Part shown: positions 39,500-49,353 of the stretch, in pieces
How positions within the stretch are numbered: the first letter of the stretch is position 1
Layout: the number at the start of each line of letters is the position of its first letter
Assembly: GCA_046538485.1 (NCBI GenBank)
Contig: JBKHIT010000018.1
Location: 1-64,000, forward strand
DNA from: Candidatus Brocadiia bacterium
GTDB taxonomy: Bacteria > Planctomycetota > Brocadiia > SM23-32
Length of the DNA: 64,000 bases
Direction of reading: 5' to 3'
Position numbers and translations under genes: made by a program
The notes under the pieces: generated by a model
What the model saw: only the letters and a program-made list of their open reading frames with translations
Told to the model about the DNA's origin: nothing
Databases searched by the model: none

Positions 39500-39612
39500 C
39501 ACGCTGTGGAGCGCGGTGCGTTGCGGCGCGGCTATGCCGCGACGCACTCACCGCTGTGCCGTTTGTCTCGCCATGAAAGAACCCAAAGACATCGCCTCTC
39601 CCCCAGATCCGA
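39500..39612 (+). repeat. 113-bp direct repeat, copy B
   Basis: About 88% identical to 38221-38333. Confidence 0.9.
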
Positions 39613-39713
39613 AAAAGACAAAAACGTCGTCCTTCACCTTGCGTTTTTTACCTCTCAAGCGATACTCTAACCAAACGCATCGACTTTGTACAAACACAAA
39701 AGCAAACATCCCT

Positions 39714-41057
39714 ATGGATATCTCGCTGCCCTGTTCCAGCCAAAAACGGTACCTCACCGGGATCGACTGGTCGATCAACGCACTTGACGCCATTACTAAA
39801 CAGGCGACCGGACACGGAAACTCCTCGCAGGTAATCCTGGTCCTTAATGGACGGCTTGACCCCGCCGACCTCGCCGATCTGCTTCGAAAGATCTTCAAAG
39901 GCCATCCCGTTCTGAGCGGAAATCTCGGCCGCGATTGGAGTCTCTGCCCCTGCTGGCGCATGCCGGGAAAGCCCCCGCGCAACCTTCCACTGTCCGTAAC
40001 CACCGAAAAAGACGATTGGGAGGAAATATTCCTCCGGTTCCAGCGTCATGTTAACCAACCGTTCGCCGGAGAAAGACAACATCTTCACTTCCACCTGGTA
40101 AACTGCGGATCCCGACGTTCTTACCTGGGAATGCACTTTGACCATCGTCTGCTCGACGCATTCGGGGCCGAAGCATTCCTTGAATTGATCCAGCAAACCC
40201 ACCAGGGGAAGCAATCGGCCATCACAGAACAGATCAGTCTGGTCGAAGACGCCCATCTCGATCATTGGGCGCGCCGTTTTCAGGGAGGCAAAGCCGTCAA
40301 CCGCCTCCAGATTCGACTTTCACGCGGCGGAGTTGCGGCTTTCCCCACCCCCGCGCTTATCCCCCCTCTCTCAACACGGTTCAATCTGACGACACTCTCG
40401 GAAGAGGAGACCGAACAGCTTGTCGAACGTGCATTCGGCACCGCCGGCTATTTTATGCTGCTTCCCTCGCTGCTGGCGGGCGTGGTCAGAGCGCTTGACC
40501 GTCTGGCCCGAAAACGTGGGCGCCCGGCAGGTCACTACATAATCCCCGTCTCCGTTGTAAACCGCACACCGCAGGAAAAATGGGAAAAACTTTTTTTCAA
40601 TCACGTCTCCTTTATTATCTTCCAGATTCCCGTGAAATTGGCGCGCGAACGCTCGGGGCTGGTCAAATTTCTGCGGGATCGTCTCTACGATCACATGAAA
40701 AGCGGCACCCCCGACGATTTCTACCACGCGAGCATGCTGACTCGTATCGTCCCCCTCCCGCTGATGCGCATGCTGGCAAAAATACCAATGCGCGGACAGA
40801 TCGGCACCAGCTATTTTGCCTGCCTGAAAGAATCCGGATACAATTCGTCCGAATTCATGGGACTCGAGGTCGAAAACCTGATCCACACCCCCCACGTGCC
40901 CCCGCCGCCGGGGGTCGGTGTCTTCCTGAACCAGTTCCGCGGGCGTTTCAATCTCATGCTGTCCCATCTTGAAGGCATCTTTTCTTCGGAAGAAGCCAGT
41001 AAATTGACAACACAGATGAGGAGAGAACTCGTTGGCGAACCGACCGAAGACATTTGA
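39714..41057 (+). CDS. CoA-dependent acyltransferase / condensation-domain-like protein
   Basis: HFDHRLLDAFG (HxxxD motif); size about 450 aa. Confidence 0.7.
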   Translation: MDISLPCSSQKRYLTGIDWSINALDAITKQATGHGNSSQVILVLNGRLDPADLADLLRKIFKGHPVLSGNLGRDWSLCPCWRMPGKPPRNLPLSVTTEKDDWEEIFLRFQRHVNQPFAGERQHLHFHLVNCGSRRSYLGMHFDHRLLDAFGAEAFLELIQQTHQGKQSAITEQISLVEDAHLDHWARRFQGGKAVNRLQIRLSRGGVAAFPTPALIPPLSTRFNLTTLSEEETEQLVERAFGTAGYFMLLPSLLAGVVRALDRLARKRGRPAGHYIIPVSVVNRTPQEKWEKLFFNHVSFIIFQIPVKLARERSGLVKFLRDRLYDHMKSGTPDDFYHASMLTRIVPLPLMRMLAKIPMRGQIGTSYFACLKESGYNSSEFMGLEVENLIHTPHVPPPPGVGVFLNQFRGRFNLMLSHLEGIFSSEEASKLTTQMRRELVGEPTEDI

Positions 41058-42213
41058 CGTAATAGTCGCCGGGGCTGGCCCCGCCGGGATAGCGACCGCC
41101 CTCTCGGCGGCCCGTGACGGAATGAAAACCCTCCTCATCGAACGGGAAAATACGATTGGGGGAATCGTTATGGCCGGTTACCACGCCGCTCTCTGTGGCC
41201 TTTACGCAAGCGATCCCACGGACCCTGCCGACACTCTCAATCCGGGCATCCCCCGGGAAACCGCATGCTGTGTAAGCGAAAATTCAAAAAATGCCAGCGG
41301 AGTGCAACAGGTGGGGCGGGCGCGTGTGCTTCCGCTCGAACGCGCCGCGCTGCTCCGTTGCTGGGAGGGGATGCTTGCTGCCGAACTTGAAATCGAACTT
41401 CGTTATGAAACGACGCTGATCGGGGTGAAATGCGCTGACAACTGTGTGGAGACAATCCAACTCTCCGACGGTTCGGAACTCCGACCGGGGGTGCTCATTG
41501 ATGCCACCGGGAACGCGGAAGTGGCCGGACTCGCCGGTGTCCCCCGCCTGGCAGATCCTCCGGAAAACCGTCAGCTTGGTGGCGCCGGCATATATTTCGG
41601 CGGTTTAACTGCCGACCGCAACCGACTACGACTCGACGTGCCGTACCATCTCCGAGAAGCGACCGAAGACGGGCGGCTCCCTCATTGCGCAAGGTTCACG
41701 ACGTTCGCCCCCTGCGCCGAGCCCGACCGGGGAATCTGTAAACTGGCCGTGCCGGTGGAGTTCTTCGGTCAGAACCAGAAGGTAAAAACGTATATTAATG
41801 ACGTGCTTGAACTTCTGCGGAAAGATCTTCAGGTATTGGCTGAGGCTGAAGTACTGGCCACTTCGCCCCGGGCGTTGCCACGTGATGGTCCGCGGCTGCG
41901 GGGACAAACAATTCTGACGGAAGAGGATGTGCTTGCCGGAAAGACTTTCAAAGGCCACAATGCAAAGGGAGCCTGGCCCATCGAGTTCTGGCACCAGGAA
42001 GAAGGTCCACAGTACGAATATTTGCCCGATAACGAATATTACGAGATCCCGGCGGCGTGTCTGCGCGCGGAAAGACTCCACAATCTTATCTGTGCCGGCC
42101 GATGCATCTCGGCAACCGCCCGCGCCGCAGCATCGTTGCGCGTGGCGGGGATATGCCTGGCCACGGGGCAACTGGCGGCTGTGACCGCGTGTGAACTGCT
42201 CACGGAAATGTGA
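41032..42213 (+). CDS. FAD-dependent oxidoreductase
   Basis: DVIVAGAGPAG, IDATGNA and NLICAGRCIS motifs. Confidence 0.9.
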   Translation: MANRPKTFDVIVAGAGPAGIATALSAARDGMKTLLIERENTIGGIVMAGYHAALCGLYASDPTDPADTLNPGIPRETACCVSENSKNASGVQQVGRARVLPLERAALLRCWEGMLAAELEIELRYETTLIGVKCADNCVETIQLSDGSELRPGVLIDATGNAEVAGLAGVPRLADPPENRQLGGAGIYFGGLTADRNRLRLDVPYHLREATEDGRLPHCARFTTFAPCAEPDRGICKLAVPVEFFGQNQKVKTYINDVLELLRKDLQVLAEAEVLATSPRALPRDGPRLRGQTILTEEDVLAGKTFKGHNAKGAWPIEFWHQEEGPQYEYLPDNEYYEIPAACLRAERLHNLICAGRCISATARAAASLRVAGICLATGQLAAVTACELLTEM

Positions 42214-42219
42214 GACCCC

Positions 42220-43671
42220 ATGAACATCGCCGAAAAAATTCGCATGGAAAACGCCAACCGCAGGGACGGTGCAGCCGTGATCGAAGGATCGAAACAATGG
42301 ACCTACGGCGAAGTGTTCCAAAAAATCGATGTTCTGCGCGATTTGCTCGCGCCCCGGGGCATCGGACCCGGGACGCGGGTCGCTTTCCGCTGCGAGGACG
42401 GCATCGAATACATCGCGTGGAGTCTCGCCCTGCTGGAATCAGGTGCAGCGATCGTGCCGGTTTCCACAGACCTCACCCAAACAGAAACGAACGAAACACT
42501 GGAACGCATCGACGTCCACGGTTTCCTCTCGCAGGCTGAAAACCCCGGATCCTCGCCGGAGGGAGAAGTCCTGACGGGACATGGTTTCGAGGAAGATTTT
42601 CTCTGGCAAGCCCGAGAGCCCCGTGGCACAGCTCCTGAAGAATGCGAGGAGCTGAACGCTGCCTTCATCCGCTTCTCCAGCGGCACAACGGGCGCCAGTA
42701 AAGGCGTGGTCCTCACCCACCAGAGCATCATCGATCGCACTGATGCCGCCAATGAAGCCCTCGGAATCTCCCCGGAGGACATCATCCTTTGGGTACTGTC
42801 GATGAGCCATCATTTCGTGGTCTCAATCCTCCTGTTTCTCCGAAAGGGTGCGACAATCGTCATCGGCCACCGCGATTTCCCCACATCGCTGCTTGATGCC
42901 GCCACCGAAGGGGATATTACCTTTATTTACGCATCGCCCGTGCATTACGAAATCCTGGCAGAGACCGATGCCGTTTCGGCCGAAGATCTGGGAAACGTAC
43001 GGATCGCCATCTCCACGGCCATGAAACTGCCGCCGGCGATCGCGCGAAGTTTCGCCGAGAAATTCGGTTTTGAGCTCGCCGAAGCTTACGGAATAATCGA
43101 AGTGGGGCTGCCATTCATCAACCTGAACCCCGGTCGCACAAGCCGCGGATCGGTCGGGCGGATGCTCGACGCATACAAACTGAAAATTGATAATAAAGAT
43201 GACTCCGGGGTGGGCGAAGTATTCGTCCGGGGACAGGGCATGTTCGACGCCTATTTCTCGCCATGGTGTCCGCGTGAGGAGGCGCTGGAAGACGGCTGGT
43301 TTCGGACGGGCGATTTGGGCAAACTCGACGAAGAAGACAACCTCCAGATCGTAGGCCGCAGTAAGACTGTCATCGTATGCGCCGGGATGAAAGTCTTCCC
43401 CGTTGAGGTGGAGGCTGTATTGAACGCTCATCCGGCGGTAGAAGAATCGCTTGTCTACGGGGCCGATCATCCGACCTACGGCCAGATTCCCGAGGCGCGT
43501 ATCGTCCCGGCGGACCCGGAAGCAGATACAGCAGAACTGACCGACCAACTGCGCAAGTTCTGCTACGATCGCCTGACCGCCTACAAAGTGCCGAAAGCTT
43601 TCATTTTCGTTGAAGATCTCCCGCGAACCCCCAGCGGCAAACTGGTGCGGCACCAGCAGAAGGGAACCTGA
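42220..43671 (+). CDS. Class I adenylate-forming (acyl-CoA/acyl-ACP ligase) enzyme
   Basis: FSSGTTGASKGV, YGIIE, WFRTGDLG and LPRTPSGK motifs. Confidence 0.92.
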   Translation: MNIAEKIRMENANRRDGAAVIEGSKQWTYGEVFQKIDVLRDLLAPRGIGPGTRVAFRCEDGIEYIAWSLALLESGAAIVPVSTDLTQTETNETLERIDVHGFLSQAENPGSSPEGEVLTGHGFEEDFLWQAREPRGTAPEECEELNAAFIRFSSGTTGASKGVVLTHQSIIDRTDAANEALGISPEDIILWVLSMSHHFVVSILLFLRKGATIVIGHRDFPTSLLDAATEGDITFIYASPVHYEILAETDAVSAEDLGNVRIAISTAMKLPPAIARSFAEKFGFELAEAYGIIEVGLPFINLNPGRTSRGSVGRMLDAYKLKIDNKDDSGVGEVFVRGQGMFDAYFSPWCPREEALEDGWFRTGDLGKLDEEDNLQIVGRSKTVIVCAGMKVFPVEVEAVLNAHPAVEESLVYGADHPTYGQIPEARIVPADPEADTAELTDQLRKFCYDRLTAYKVPKAFIFVEDLPRTPSGKLVRHQQKGT

Positions 43672-43806
43672 GAGACGCACAGGGTTTCCGAAGGCGGCTG
43701 CGCCGCCATTTCCTCAGGGGCGCCCGGCCCGCGCGACCTTGTGTCGGTAAGTGTTTAATCCAAAAATGCCGCTCCCCAGCGTAAATTCCTCGAGGCACAT
43801 TGAGCT

Positions 43807-43835
43807 TTGACCATTTGCGGAGGGATTCCTATAAT
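43807..43835 (+). promoter_or_regulatory. sigma70-type promoter
   Basis: TTGACC-N17-TATAAT. Confidence 0.7.
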
Positions 43836-43871
43836 ACGTTGTAGTCCAATTGGTCCGTCCCTTCTTAAAAA

Positions 43872-44510
43872 TTGCCGCGGAGGACACATCGTTTGCGTGT
43901 ATCGTTGAGCATTTTCTTTTGCGTAGTCTTAATGGCGGCTACGGGATGCACCTCGAGGCCAGAAATACATCTTCACGGGCGATATGAGTTCGCGAAAATG
44001 AGAAATGGCCGGACGGCAGTGCTGGGAATCGATGCCCCAAACATAAAACAACAAAAGTCTTACAAATACGTCTGGGGTATAGTACAATCTCCCAAAGCGC
44101 GCCAGAATTTTGCCGAGATGGTGGCTCACTTTGCCCGCCAGGAAGCTGAACTCGACGTTCTTCCCGTGCACAGTTCGATGGAAAGTCTCCAACAGGAAGG
44201 TTTGCAACCGGCGCTGAATGTAGACCGAGCGCGGGCTGAGAGTTTTGCCCGCCAGCTGGGATGCAAAACTTACATGATGGCTCATGTCGAGCGATGGCGT
44301 TTCAGCTACTTTTTCTTTCATCAGAAGGGAGATATTCAGTTCGAACTTCTCGGCTATTCCGTGGGCACCGAGCAACCGATTTGGCGAGCGGAAGTTTCGC
44401 ACCAGCAACGGGGCAAAAGCGAAAGAGAAGTGGCGATTGAAGCCCTTCAGGCATTGTTCAAAAAACTCGACCGGGAGAAAACCCTGAGAAATGTTGATAT
44501 TGGGAATTGA
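43872..44510 (+). CDS. Hypothetical lipoprotein
   Basis: Hydrophobic leader with AATG-C; overlaps the tsaB start; exact start codon uncertain. Confidence 0.65.
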   Translation: MPRRTHRLRVSLSIFFCVVLMAATGCTSRPEIHLHGRYEFAKMRNGRTAVLGIDAPNIKQQKSYKYVWGIVQSPKARQNFAEMVAHFARQEAELDVLPVHSSMESLQQEGLQPALNVDRARAESFARQLGCKTYMMAHVERWRFSYFFFHQKGDIQFELLGYSVGTEQPIWRAEVSHQQRGKSEREVAIEALQALFKKLDREKTLRNVDIGN

Positions 44511-45174
44511 AACCAGCGGCCGGAGCGGAAGCCTGGCCCTCTGCGAAGACGGCTCTCCTCTGGCAACGTATCGGTTCTCAGAAGGACCCCAGCACGCGCG
44601 GGAAATTATGCCGGGGGTCGATGACATTGTGCGAAAATCGGATCTCAAAAGACGTGACATCGATGTCGTGGGCGTCAGCCAGGGGCCCGGATCGTTCACC
44701 GGACTGCGTGTGGGGATCACCTGCGCTAAAATTCTCGCCTACCTCCTGAGCTGGAAAGCCGTCGGCATCCCGTCACTTGAAGTCCTTGTGCAGAACGTCG
44801 ATCCAAAAGAACACGGCGTAGAATTCGCATGCCCCCTGCGTGATGCCCGCCGCGGGGCGGCGTACGGAACCGTGTTCAAATGGGAAGCAGACAGATGGAT
44901 CGATCAGACCGGTGTGTTACTGGATGAGGCGAGGCAGCTCGCTAAAAAGATACCAGAAGGCACGCTCGTCTTTGGAAGTGGCGTGGAAGCGTATCCGCAG
45001 GTCTTCGCTGTTCCCCGATTCATTCCCGGACCGCCGGAATATGCCGAGGGTCGCGGGGAATGCGCAGCGGTCCTGGCACAAGAAATGGCCGAAAAAGGGC
45101 TTGACATCGAACCGATGGAACTCAACCCGCGTTACTACCGGCCAACCCAAGTGGAGGAAAGCGTCCAAGACTGA
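44491..45174 (+). CDS. tsaB: tRNA threonylcarbamoyladenosine biosynthesis protein TsaB
   Basis: ILGIETS, GPGSFTGLRVG, DARRG and P.YYR motifs. Confidence 0.95.
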   Translation: MLILGIETSGRSGSLALCEDGSPLATYRFSEGPQHAREIMPGVDDIVRKSDLKRRDIDVVGVSQGPGSFTGLRVGITCAKILAYLLSWKAVGIPSLEVLVQNVDPKEHGVEFACPLRDARRGAAYGTVFKWEADRWIDQTGVLLDEARQLAKKIPEGTLVFGSGVEAYPQVFAVPRFIPGPPEYAEGRGECAAVLAQEMAEKGLDIEPMELNPRYYRPTQVEESVQD

Positions 45175-45250
45175 AAACCGAAAGACAAGCGGCTTGTCCG
45201 AAGATCAGCACTTTCAGCTTCAAAGAAAACTCATAAAAAGAGAGGGAAAT

Positions 45251-45718
45251 ATGCAGATCGATATAAAGAAGATTTTGTGTCCGGTTGATTTTTCCGATGG
45301 CTCTAACCTCGCTCTGCGATACGCGATAGCTTTTGCTCAAGCCTATCATGCCGAAGTTGAAATTATGCACGTGGTGGAAATGCCATTTTTGCCCTCATAC
45401 TCGACCGAAGGGCTTCCTGATTTCAGCCTGCCGATTGAACAAATTCAAGAACTTTGTGAGGAGCGTTTGAGCAAACTGGCCGATAAATTCGACGCCGATG
45501 GGGCGCTCGTTCAGCGGAAAGTTACGCTGGGATCGCCATTCGTCGAGATCATACAGGAAGCCAAAAACGGGGAGTTCGATCTCGTCGTTATCGGAACTCA
45601 CGGTGAGACAGGGCTCAAACACGTATTGATCGGGAGCACGGCCGAGAAAGTCGTCCGCAAAGCTCCCTGTCCCGTTCTGAGTGTCAAAAACCCCGAACAT
45701 GAGTTCGTCATGCCGTAG
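45251..45718 (+). CDS. Universal stress protein
   Basis: ILCPVDFS and DLVVIGTHG...GSTAEKVVRKAPCPVL motifs. Confidence 0.93.
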   Translation: MQIDIKKILCPVDFSDGSNLALRYAIAFAQAYHAEVEIMHVVEMPFLPSYSTEGLPDFSLPIEQIQELCEERLSKLADKFDADGALVQRKVTLGSPFVEIIQEAKNGEFDLVVIGTHGETGLKHVLIGSTAEKVVRKAPCPVLSVKNPEHEFVMP

Positions 45719-45852
45719 GTTCCAACCTTCTGTTGTCGTCTCGGCGCAAAAAAAAAGAATTAGACGAGCCACTTGCGTTGTGTAGAAATATTGGCGCAGG
45801 CGGAACTTAAAGATAGACAGAAAAAGTTTTTAACCCGGAATCCGGATCTCAA

Positions 45853-46015
45853 GGCCGTTGAGGAGCTGGTTTTGCCTGAATAACCGTTTTCACCACATGA
45901 ACCCCCGCGAGCGGACTGGACTTCAGCCGGAGACTGGAGTTCAGAACGCGGACAATAAACCGGCAGGTCTCGGAGAAAAACAGCAGAACGACCAACGGCA
46001 GCTCCGCCTCAGCGA
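45853..46015 (+). ncRNA. Rod-shaped structured ncRNA candidate (6S RNA-like)
   Basis: Nested pairings GGAGCTG/CAGCTCC, GTTTTGC/GCAGAAC, CCGCG/CGCGG and an 11-bp CTGGACTTCAG/CTGGAGTTCAG stem around a central bubble; the G-U pairs favour the + strand. Confidence 0.4.
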
Positions 46016-46325
46016 TGCGGACCGACAGCTACCTGGCATTTCACGGCATTTGTCCGCCTCAAGTCCCCCTTCGTCCGCCTGAGTGGCGGGCTCAGCTGAA
46101 CTCGAGCCTGCAGGATACGCGGTCGAGAAGCGGGGTTGCAAGCTTACAGAATCATTGACACTAAACATGAGGTTTGTATTACGACAAGCTCTATAGACTT
46201 TACCGAAGGAAAATTAAGGAATTTGCGCTCGCTGCGATGGGAACAGGGGACACGATTTTTGGGAAATGCCTGGCTACCAGCACCGCAACGACCCACAGCG
46301 CAAAGTCCTCTCTCCACAAAAATCC

Positions 46326-46353
46326 TTGACAAACCAATGCGCATTGTTACAAT
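46326..46353 (+). promoter_or_regulatory. sigma70-type promoter
   Basis: TTGACA-N16-TACAAT with an extended -10 TG. Confidence 0.65.
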
Positions 46354-46427
46354 TGTATCTTGGCATTCCTTATAGAATTGGACATTTTTGAATCGAGGGG
46401 GACGCGTTCGTTTTTCAGGTCTGGGGT

Positions 46428-47519
46428 ATGCTTTATCATGGACAAAGGGTATGCGCGGTAGTATTCGCTCTCTCGCTGGTCCTTGGCGCCGTTGTAAGCA
46501 TTTTTGGTGCCGATGACAAACGAGATGCCCTGTGGTATTCTTACAAAACAGGGTCAGTCGAACGTCAAAAACTGCTGGCGCAGGCCCAAAGAAGACTGAA
46601 AAGTGTTCGGCACAAAGCCGAACAAAACAAGGCCACCGAATGGCCGACCGATGAGAATTTCCGGTGGCTTACCGAACATCGTACGCCAGGCCGTCTCGTC
46701 GTCGAAAAAGCCCTCAAAAGCCACCCCCGGGGCGCTTCGTTGAAGGTTCTCGTCCTGCTCACCCGCCATCTTGAAGGCCGCCGACTGACCCGCCATCTCC
46801 CCGATCTGGCATTTCGAAGCCGCTCGATGGAAACCCGCCGGCTCTTGTTCGAAACGATGGCATCCGTTGGGGACGAAAAATGCCGGGAAACTCTCCGAAA
46901 ATTCCTCGGAGCCAGCGACCACTCTGCGGACGAGCAGTTGCTATGTTCGGCTGCCGAAGGTCTGGCCGCAACAAAAGATAAAAAATACATCCCTCTCCTG
47001 AAAAAAGCCTACGGACTGGTCCACTCAGAACCTGCTAGACTTCGAATCGCCGTCGCGCTTTACAAATGCGGAGAGCGAGATGCTGGCAAACAATTGCTCG
47101 AGCATCTAAGAAAGACAAAAGATCCTGAGGTGTTAGCCGATGCCCTGGGTCTGCTGGCCATCCGGCCAGTACCCAATGCGATTCCGGTGATGGAAAAGTT
47201 CGCTGTCGAATCCCCCGATCCCGCAATCGCAACACTGGCCTTTGAAGCTCTCAAATCACATACGGGCTTCCAGCAAAAACGACCCGCTCAACAACCAACC
47301 GATAAAAAAGAGCCAGAAAAATTCGTGGCAAAAGATGATCTACGCCCCGATGAAAAGACGTCCCGCTCAAAAAAACACTTCGGCGATCTATCCAAAAAAG
47401 CAAGACAAAAACGAGTCCAGCGTATCGTGCAATGGGCACGCGCCCATCCCGATGCAATCGTTGATAAACCCTCAGAGGAAGACCCGAGAAAAGATAACGA
47501 GGTGGGCTCATCGCACTGA
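46428..47519 (+). CDS. Exported HEAT-repeat-like helical protein
   Basis: Signal peptide; repeated helical units such as AAEGLAA...IPLL and ADALG...AIPVM. Confidence 0.55.
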   Translation: MLYHGQRVCAVVFALSLVLGAVVSIFGADDKRDALWYSYKTGSVERQKLLAQAQRRLKSVRHKAEQNKATEWPTDENFRWLTEHRTPGRLVVEKALKSHPRGASLKVLVLLTRHLEGRRLTRHLPDLAFRSRSMETRRLLFETMASVGDEKCRETLRKFLGASDHSADEQLLCSAAEGLAATKDKKYIPLLKKAYGLVHSEPARLRIAVALYKCGERDAGKQLLEHLRKTKDPEVLADALGLLAIRPVPNAIPVMEKFAVESPDPAIATLAFEALKSHTGFQQKRPAQQPTDKKEPEKFVAKDDLRPDEKTSRSKKHFGDLSKKARQKRVQRIVQWARAHPDAIVDKPSEEDPRKDNEVGSSH

Positions 47520-47590
47520 AAAACGAATTCGAATCACCAAACGCAAAATCAATGCTTCGTTCCGTAAATCCTAAGAATAGGGGTACAGTT

Positions 47591-49099
47591 ATGAAACGCG
47601 CTTTCGCAAAAAGAGATGGGCAGGTTATCATACTGTTCGCTTTCACAGTCATCCTTCTGGCCATGCTCTGCGTGCTCACAATTGACGTGGGCTTTCTTTT
47701 TACCTCCCAGGCGGAATTGCAAAACGCCATTGATTCAGCGGCTCTCGCCGGCGCTTCCCAGCTCCATACCCGTTTCACCGACCCAAACTGGCGGGATAAC
47801 GTCAAAAACGAGGCCATGGCGCTGGCCGAAGCCAACCTCGTCGCCGGAGAACGCCTCACCCTCACCGACAGCGATTTTCAGTTCGGACACTACAATGACA
47901 CTACCGGCGATTTCGTGCCCGAACCAACCGCCTCCACCATCGATAGCGTGCGGGTCAGAGGACGTCGGACCGATGGCTCCCCGGATGGACCCGTCAGAAC
48001 GTTCTTCGGCCCGATCTTCGGTTTCGACTCGGTCTCGTTCTCGGGATCGGTCGCCGTCGGCACTAAACCCCGCCGGTTCGTCATGTTCGTGCTCGACCGC
48101 TCCGGGTCCATGTGTTTTGACAGCAAACACGTGCATGAAAGAAGTAAACCTCTCTACGATCCTGCCCGTGACGAATACTACGCGCAGAACAGCCCCAGCG
48201 GCTGGTACGCCGTCCCCCAGTACGTTTACTACGCGGGCAACTGGCGCACCGGCTGGCTCTACGGCCGCGATATGAACACCAATGCGATTCTTACCTCTTC
48301 TGGCGGGGGACTCGACTGGCTTCCCACGGGTGTGCAGGATACGATTTCCTCGGACAGGTATTTCTACTTCCGGTCGCCGGAAGGTTCCAACAACCCCGCC
48401 TGGATGCACGTCCCCTCCAACGTGCGGATCTGTTCCTACTACGACAGCGATGAGTGGTACCATTACGACTACAACAACACCCCCGAGCAATGCGATTACG
48501 CCTTCGCCGACGCCTCCGTTCAACCCATCCAGAACACCATGGACGCCGCCTGCTCGTTTATCGATCTGCTGGACGCCGCGGACGACCGTGCGGGGCTGGT
48601 CACTTATTCCAGCGGCGCCACACTCGATTCCCAGCTCACGGGGGACTGGCCGGGGCTGAAAACCAGGATTCAGCGTTTCACCCCGTGCGGCTCCACCGCC
48701 GAGCCGGCCGGGATGGCATCGGCGGTTGGAGAACTGACCTCCAGCCGAGCCCAGGAATACGGTCAGAGAATCATGATCCTGCTCACAGACGGAGTTGCCA
48801 ACGTCTCCAGCGGTCATTACTATAACGAAGGCAACGGCAGGATGGATCCGATGGACGCCAGCGTCAGCACGCCCATCGATGAAAGTGTTTACGACGATAT
48901 GGGCTACTGGGCCGATCAGGCGAAACAAAACGGTATCCGCATTTACTGCGTGACGTTCGGTTCGAGCACGGATCAGGAAGTGCACGAGCAGATCGCCGGC
49001 CATACCGGAGGAGCCTACTACTACTCCGCAGATGCCGGGAACCTGACAGATATATTTGAGGATATCTTCCGCCGACTGCCACCCATACTGACGCACTGA
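47591..49099 (+). CDS. TadG-like pseudopilin with a VWA domain, copy 1
   Basis: RDGQVIILFAF N-terminus, IDVG, LQNAIDSAALAGA; VWA motifs VLDRSGSM, T and LLTDG. Confidence 0.88.
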   Translation: MKRAFAKRDGQVIILFAFTVILLAMLCVLTIDVGFLFTSQAELQNAIDSAALAGASQLHTRFTDPNWRDNVKNEAMALAEANLVAGERLTLTDSDFQFGHYNDTTGDFVPEPTASTIDSVRVRGRRTDGSPDGPVRTFFGPIFGFDSVSFSGSVAVGTKPRRFVMFVLDRSGSMCFDSKHVHERSKPLYDPARDEYYAQNSPSGWYAVPQYVYYAGNWRTGWLYGRDMNTNAILTSSGGGLDWLPTGVQDTISSDRYFYFRSPEGSNNPAWMHVPSNVRICSYYDSDEWYHYDYNNTPEQCDYAFADASVQPIQNTMDAACSFIDLLDAADDRAGLVTYSSGATLDSQLTGDWPGLKTRIQRFTPCGSTAEPAGMASAVGELTSSRAQEYGQRIMILLTDGVANVSSGHYYNEGNGRMDPMDASVSTPIDESVYDDMGYWADQAKQNGIRIYCVTFGSSTDQEVHEQIAGHTGGAYYYSADAGNLTDIFEDIFRRLPPILTH

Positions 49100-49101
49100 T
49101 G
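47609..49101 (+). repeat. 1493-bp direct repeat, copy 1 (partner 53262-54754)
   Basis: Offset 5653; the only difference I found is synonymous T47641/A53294. Confidence 0.95.
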
Positions 49102-49353
49102 AGAGCTGACGCCGGGTACTGGTGGCCCAAGACAATCGGCCTTGTTGGGTTGGAAGTTCTCGGTCAAATCCAGCTCGACACGTAGGGCCTGGGGCCACCC
49201 GGGTGGGTTGCTGCGAAACCACACTTTTATGTGTTCTCCGGTTCCCTTTCCGGCAGAACGGAATGGATTTGTTGTTCAAACTGCGAAAACAAAATTCTCA
49301 AAATAATTGAGCGCTTCGCCAAAAATGAAGACATTACTGGAGGGAAAAACGAA

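Noticed and set aside
39516..39713. N-terminal extension of the 513-aa ORF and small ORFs at 38033-38424 and 39455-39670
   Set aside because: They read through the direct repeats; the ATG at 39714 is the more plausible start.
46060..46085. TCAAGTCCCCC resembling a tRNA/tmRNA T-arm
   Set aside because: No cloverleaf, acceptor stem or CCA end could be built.
48150..48500. AAC/TAC-rich stretch in the duplicated gene as a DGR template/variable repeat pair
   Set aside because: The two copies show no set of adenine-specific differences, and there is no reverse transcriptase in the window.
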